Shown piece by piece: positions 59,910 to 64,000 of a stretch of 64,000 bases of DNA (its first letter is position 1; the number at the start of each line of letters is the position of its first letter). Under the pieces are notes generated by a model. That model made no database searches. It was not told the DNA's origin and worked only from the letters and a program-made list of their open reading frames with translations. The position numbers and the translations under genes were made by a program. Source of the stretch: an uncultured Anaerolineales bacterium (GTDB lineage Bacteria > Chloroflexota > Anaerolineae > Anaerolineales > UBA11858); the NCBI GenBank assembly GCA_964622645.1, contig CAZUSV010000004.1, positions 9,290 to 73,289 on the forward strand, in the 5' to 3' direction.

Positions 59910-60267
59910 TCACACCTCTCTGTGCGCCAGGTCGTCTTCGACGGAGAGATGCTTGAAGCGCACCGAAGGAGGCGGTTTGCTAGTAGATAGCTAATTTTTT
60001 GGTTGGTTTGTGGCGTGGGATTGACCGCTGATAAATGATCTATAGAGCCTGGCGGTGTGGACTCATGATTTCTCGATTGGGATTGGCAGGCAGATAGGAA
60101 TATTCGTGAAATTATGACTGAAATGATGATTCTGGTTTTTGATATCATCCGCTGAAGAAGTCCTAGGATATCAACCAACTGGGTCATACATGTAAATAAA
60201 ATATATCATGGTTTGTAGAAATTCAACTTTAATTCTGCGCTACACATGTCTGAATAGAACAATATCA

Positions 60268-60331
60268 GCCTCTCGAAATCGCCTGGGTAGCTCCCAAATC
60301 TGGACATTGCTACGAGAATTCTTAGAGACCC
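60268..60331. repeat. Family A repeat with both arms and no core
   Basis: gcctctcgaaatcgcctgggtagctcccaaatctggacattgctacgagaattcttagagaccc. Confidence 0.7.
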
Positions 60332-60420
60332 ACAACATCCCAAGCTTGATCCAGGAAATCCTGGTGATAGAATATAGGCGTTTCCCCCTAGGAATCATAT
60401 TCATTAATTGGAGCTATTCA

Positions 60421-61494
60421 ATGCCAAAAACTCAAAATCGCGCCGTGATGATCTGGTTGTTCATCTTCGCCTTCATCGTAGGATTTCTGATCGTATTCGG
60501 GGGGTATGTGCGCCTGACTCGCTCGGGGCTGTCCATCGTCGAATGGGATCCGATCACTGGCGTTCTGCCACCCATCGGGGAGCAGGCCTGGGAGGAAGAG
60601 TTCGCTAAATACCAGGATTCTCCTGAATTCCAGAAGATCAACTACAGCATATCTCTGGATGGGTTCAAGAGGATCTTCTTCATCGAATGGCTGCACCGCT
60701 TGATCGCCCGTCTAGCAGGATTGGCATATGCCATCCCGGTGTTCTATTTCATGTTCAAGGGTGACATCCCGCGCAAAGAGTTTGGAATTTATGTCGTAAT
60801 GGGGTTGCTGTTCATCGGGCAGGCTGTTATGGGTTGGTTGATGGTGGCCAGTGGGCTGGTTGAGCGACCTTCGGTCAGCCATTTCCGCTTGACGGCCCAT
60901 CTGCTGCTGGCGCTGATGCTTTTAGCCCTCAGCCTGTGGGTTGCCCTGGGGCATCGCTTTGGATTTTTGGAGGGCGCGCGCCCGAATAAGTGGTCTTTGC
61001 TCTTGAGGTTGGCTGCCATAGGGATGGGAGTATTGTTGATACAAATCTCGTACGGCGGTTTTACTGCCGGGCTCAAGGCAGGTTATTTATCTACCACCTG
61101 GCCGAAAATGCTTGGGGAATTTGTGCCCCCTGGCTTGTTTGAAAAAGCGATCAACATATTTACCATGCCCCAAACGGTCGTTTTCATCCATCGCTGGTTT
61201 GCTTTTGTGGCATTAATCGCCATTGTGGGCATTTATATTGCAGCCCATAAGCGCGGCTACAGACGGGACATCTCAAACGGGATCCTGGGAGTACTGATCT
61301 TAGGTTGTATTCAGATTGCCGTTGGTATCCTGGTGATTTTGTTTCAGGTGCAGATCTCCCTGGCATTGCTGCACCAGGGGATTGCTGTTCTACTATTCGC
61401 ATTATCTGTGTTTATCATTCACAGAGTGCGTACGTTGGATTACGAAATACGCAGCGATAATCATCCCGACAACCACAAAGATAGCCGCCATTGA
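60421..61494 (+). CDS. ctaA: Heme A synthase (COX15/CtaA)
   Basis: Start at ATG 60421 (MPKTQNR); the track start lies in repeat sequence. Conserved His-containing helices EWLHRL, HRWFAF and ALLHQG. Confidence 0.88.
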   Translation: MPKTQNRAVMIWLFIFAFIVGFLIVFGGYVRLTRSGLSIVEWDPITGVLPPIGEQAWEEEFAKYQDSPEFQKINYSISLDGFKRIFFIEWLHRLIARLAGLAYAIPVFYFMFKGDIPRKEFGIYVVMGLLFIGQAVMGWLMVASGLVERPSVSHFRLTAHLLLALMLLALSLWVALGHRFGFLEGARPNKWSLLLRLAAIGMGVLLIQISYGGFTAGLKAGYLSTTWPKMLGEFVPPGLFEKAINIFTMPQTVVFIHRWFAFVALIAIVGIYIAAHKRGYRRDISNGILGVLILGCIQIAVGILVILFQVQISLALLHQGIAVLLFALSVFIIHRVRTLDYEIRSDNHPDNHKDSRH

Positions 61495-62832
61495 AAGCAC
61501 CGCTGTTGATGAGCTCTGTTGGGTTTCCTCTCCGTCAGTAGTCGTTATACTTGGGGATGGGGATGCCAGAACTTGAGTTGGGGTTTGTGTTATCGTTGGG
61601 GTGGTGCTGGGCGGGGCGGGGGTCGGCGTATGCGTAGCCGGCGGCGTGACCAGCAGGAGCAACTGCTGATCGGGGCGGATGATGGAAGCCGCGCTCAATC
61701 CATTCCAGGCCATCAACTCAGCCAGGCTGACTCCATACAGGTCCGCAATCCAGGTCAGGGATTCACCACTTTGGACGGTGTGGTAGTAATTCCCGTCACT
61801 TGCCGGAGTAAGTTTTTCGATGGCAGAGAGCGGGCGTGGGGTTGGGGTGAGGGTTACATCTCCAGGATCAATCAACAATTTTTGGCCGATTTGTAACGGC
61901 CAATCAGCTTGCAACCCGTTCAAGGCCAGGATGGTTTCCAATTGAGTCTGATAAGCATTGGCGATCTTGATTAAAACCTGGTAGGGTTGCACTTCGTGGA
62001 CAATTTTCCCCTCCGCATCTGGGGTTGCCAACTGTACCATCCCTACCGGCGTGGGGGTAGCATAGCCCTCAGTAGAACTAGAAGGGATGAACAACTTCTG
62101 ACCGATAAACAGGCCACTATCCCTGGAGAGATTGTTCCAAACCTCCAGATCATTTATGGTGATTCGATAGGCGATAGCAATAGACCAAAAAGACTGCCCC
62201 GACTGGACGATGTGATAAATTCGGCCATCTTCGTCAGGTGTAGCGATCTTAACTGGGATGATGACCTGGGAAACCGGAGGGTCTGAGGATGTTCCAATAT
62301 CAGAATCACCAAGCACGGACGTATATTCACCACAAGCATGCTCAGAGGTATACGCGGCCTGCAAGATGTAGTAGTAACGCCCATCTGGAGCTTGCGCTAC
62401 GCCTGCGCCTACATGGCAGTAGGCGGGGTTGACGGCTGGCCGCATATGATCGGGATCAGCCCAAGCCTGCATGATCTGATCAATGCTCAGGTTTCCCACC
62501 GCAAAATTCTCAGTCGCCCAGACCGTAGCGCCACCACCATAGCCCGCCGCAGCGATGCGGCCGCGCGCATCACCAATATGCCAGGACATACTGCTGGCTG
62601 CCATAGTCTCAGCCGTGGACTGCGCCACAGCGTTGACAATCGGATCTTCGATCAACGCCGGCAATCCCAAGGAGACCCGCAAAGTGTTCATCGCCAGGAT
62701 CAACTCACTGCGTGACACTGCGCCAGATTGAGCTTGATATTTGGCCTGGTGTACCGGCGCTGAGAACAACCAAATCAGCAGCAATATGATCTGAGTTGTG
62801 ATTTGATATCGGACGAGAGGGCTTCTCAGCAT
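61402..62832 (-). CDS. Secreted CAP(SCP)-domain protein with three LysM domains, a Thr/Pro linker and a C-terminal TM anchor
   Basis: Same architecture as 14624-15637. LysM repeats YHIVQSGQSFWSIA.., VHEVQPYQVLIKIA.. and YHTVQSGESLTWIA.. Confidence 0.8.
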   Translation of the reverse strand: MLRSPLVRYQITTQIILLLIWLFSAPVHQAKYQAQSGAVSRSELILAMNTLRVSLGLPALIEDPIVNAVAQSTAETMAASSMSWHIGDARGRIAAAGYGGGATVWATENFAVGNLSIDQIMQAWADPDHMRPAVNPAYCHVGAGVAQAPDGRYYYILQAAYTSEHACGEYTSVLGDSDIGTSSDPPVSQVIIPVKIATPDEDGRIYHIVQSGQSFWSIAIAYRITINDLEVWNNLSRDSGLFIGQKLFIPSSSTEGYATPTPVGMVQLATPDAEGKIVHEVQPYQVLIKIANAYQTQLETILALNGLQADWPLQIGQKLLIDPGDVTLTPTPRPLSAIEKLTPASDGNYYHTVQSGESLTWIADLYGVSLAELMAWNGLSAASIIRPDQQLLLLVTPPATHTPTPAPPSTTPTITQTPTQVLASPSPSITTTDGEETQQSSSTAVLSMAAIFVVVGMIIAAYFVIQRTHSVNDKHR

Positions 62833-62995
62833 ACGCTGATTCTAGCATGATAAAGGGACTGCAACGATGGTTCGATTGTGAAATTAATGGCAGATGAATA
62901 AATAGGGGATTCAGCCTGGCGAAACGTAAGAAAACCAGATTACCAGGAATCAAAATGTATGGCTGACATAAATAAAAGTGAGGTTTTATCACCCC

Positions 62996-63025
62996 TTGGG
63001 AATGTCAAAATGTAGACCCTATAAT
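62996..63025 (+). promoter_or_regulatory. Possible promoter of htrA
   Basis: TTGGGA, 18-nt spacer, TATAAT. Confidence 0.35.
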
Positions 63026-63057
63026 TGCTAGTTCCCATTGGGGAAAATGAGAGTTGA

Positions 63058-64000
63058 ATGATGAAAAATTTAAAACGTAAATTAAGAATCACTGGTTTAT
63101 TATTAATTCCCCTAATGGTTATGGGATGTTCAGCACTGAACTTCTCTCCCGGCATTTCAGGTTTGACATCATCAGATACCGCCGTCACCACATTACCTGA
63201 TTCTGCTATCACCCCGGAGGTAGAAGTAGATCCATCACCGAAGCAGATAACTGTGCCGCAAGATATCCTGGATGAACAAACCCTGCTTGTGGATTTGTAC
63301 GCCCGGTCGAACCCATCAGTGGTAAATATCACCATATTCGGAGAACGAGAGGGTAGAGTTGTGCCGGCAGGTCAGGGATCTGGTTTTGTATATGATGCGG
63401 ATGGGAACATCATCACGAATGCCCATGTTGTTGATAATGCTGAACAAGTAGAAGTAACTTTCTCAGACGGAACCATCCAACCTGCTCAGGTCATAGGTCA
63501 GGATCTGGATAGTGACCTGGCAGTCGTCAAAGTGGATCAATTGCCTGAAGGTGTCGAACCTTTATCTTTAGGTAATATGGATCAGCTGGCAGTTGGCCAG
63601 ATGGTTTTTGCCATCGGAAACCCATTTGGACTTGAAGGTACATTGACTCAAGGGATCATCAGTGCACTGGGACGTACAATCCCCGCTCTGACTCCTTTCT
63701 CAATCCCTCAATCAATCCAAACGGATGCAGCCATCAATCCCGGCAATTCAGGTGGCCCGCTTCTTAACCTCGAAGGTGAAGTGATTGGTGTCAACGCACA
63801 GATCGAGACTGATGGTACCAGCCGTAGCAACAGCGGTGTCGGGTTTGCGATACCCGTTAGCATCGTTGAGCGCGTTGTCCCAGCATTGATTCAGGATGGA
63901 AGATTTAACTGGTCATTTATGGGGGTTCAAGGTGGAGACCTGACTCCGGTATTAGCGGAAGCAATTGGTTTGTCCGGTGAACGCGGAGCCTATATTGCTG
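63058..64000 (+). CDS. HtrA/DegP-family serine protease, 5' partial (runs off the window; absent from the ORF track)
   Basis: Lipoprotein-like signal peptide (VMGC). Catalytic triad context TNAHVV, DSDLAVVKV and GNSGGPL. The frame is open to position 64000. Confidence 0.88.
   Translation, partial: MMKNLKRKLRITGLLLIPLMVMGCSALNFSPGISGLTSSDTAVTTLPDSAITPEVEVDPSPKQITVPQDILDEQTLLVDLYARSNPSVVNITIFGEREGRVVPAGQGSGFVYDADGNIITNAHVVDNAEQVEVTFSDGTIQPAQVIGQDLDSDLAVVKVDQLPEGVEPLSLGNMDQLAVGQMVFAIGNPFGLEGTLTQGIISALGRTIPALTPFSIPQSIQTDAAINPGNSGGPLLNLEGEVIGVNAQIETDGTSRSNSGVGFAIPVSIVERVVPALIQDGRFNWSFMGVQGGDLTPVLAEAIGLSGERGAYIA

Noticed and set aside
10301-60331. CRISPR array as an interpretation of the recurring palindromic repeats.
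   Set aside because: The copies are dispersed over 50 kb, in both orientations, without regular repeat-spacer periodicity. No cas genes are present.

Overview
This is a 64-kb bacterial chromosomal segment, moderately GC-rich and densely coding. I support about 60 protein genes. I found no rRNA, tRNA, CRISPR array, transposase or integrase. The gene content suggests a Chloroflexota/Anaerolineae-like organism: archaeal-type mevalonate genes, PolX, an oversized SecA, CAP-LysM surface proteins and lipoprotein signal peptides. That assignment is inference only.

Housekeeping genes: secA, add, mutM, prs, meaB plus an MCM B12-binding subunit, a cold-shock protein, polX, murI, rplS, a NUDIX hydrolase, ctaA and htrA (partial, runs off the window end).

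Accessory content:
- An OmpR-type two-component pair.
- A GAF-GAF HisKA_3 histidine kinase and a stand-alone Hpt protein.
- An HMGR/HMGS/thiolase/DUF35 module.
- A GntR(HutC)-controlled CUT1 sugar ABC operon.
- DUF47 plus a PiT phosphate transporter.
- A MacB-like ABC exporter and a Bcr/CflA MFS transporter.
- Three tandem MDR quinone-oxidoreductase paralogues, two SAM methyltransferases and a rhodanese.

Most interesting observations:
1. A XylFGH-like (CUT2) sugar ABC operon. Its last gene fuses a degenerate ABC nucleotide-binding domain to a HisKA_3 histidine kinase. Its binding protein is an in-frame tandem duplication with a gene-conversion signature. A REC-HTH-REC regulator is encoded divergently.
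2. A C_GCAxxG_C_C-family gene with a strong SD and ATG, an in-frame TGA at the position where I recall the family's N-terminal Cys, and a SECIS-like hairpin. This is a candidate selenoprotein.
3. A second ORF interrupted by an in-frame TGA about 1 kb further on.
4. At least four families of structured intergenic repeats (more than 20 copies), some inside operons.
5. Several decayed genes (GNAT, VapC and CpaE/TadZ remnants) and an orphan 48-aa Flp pilin gene that the ORF track misses.

Many long ORFs in the track are antisense shadows of real genes and were rejected.
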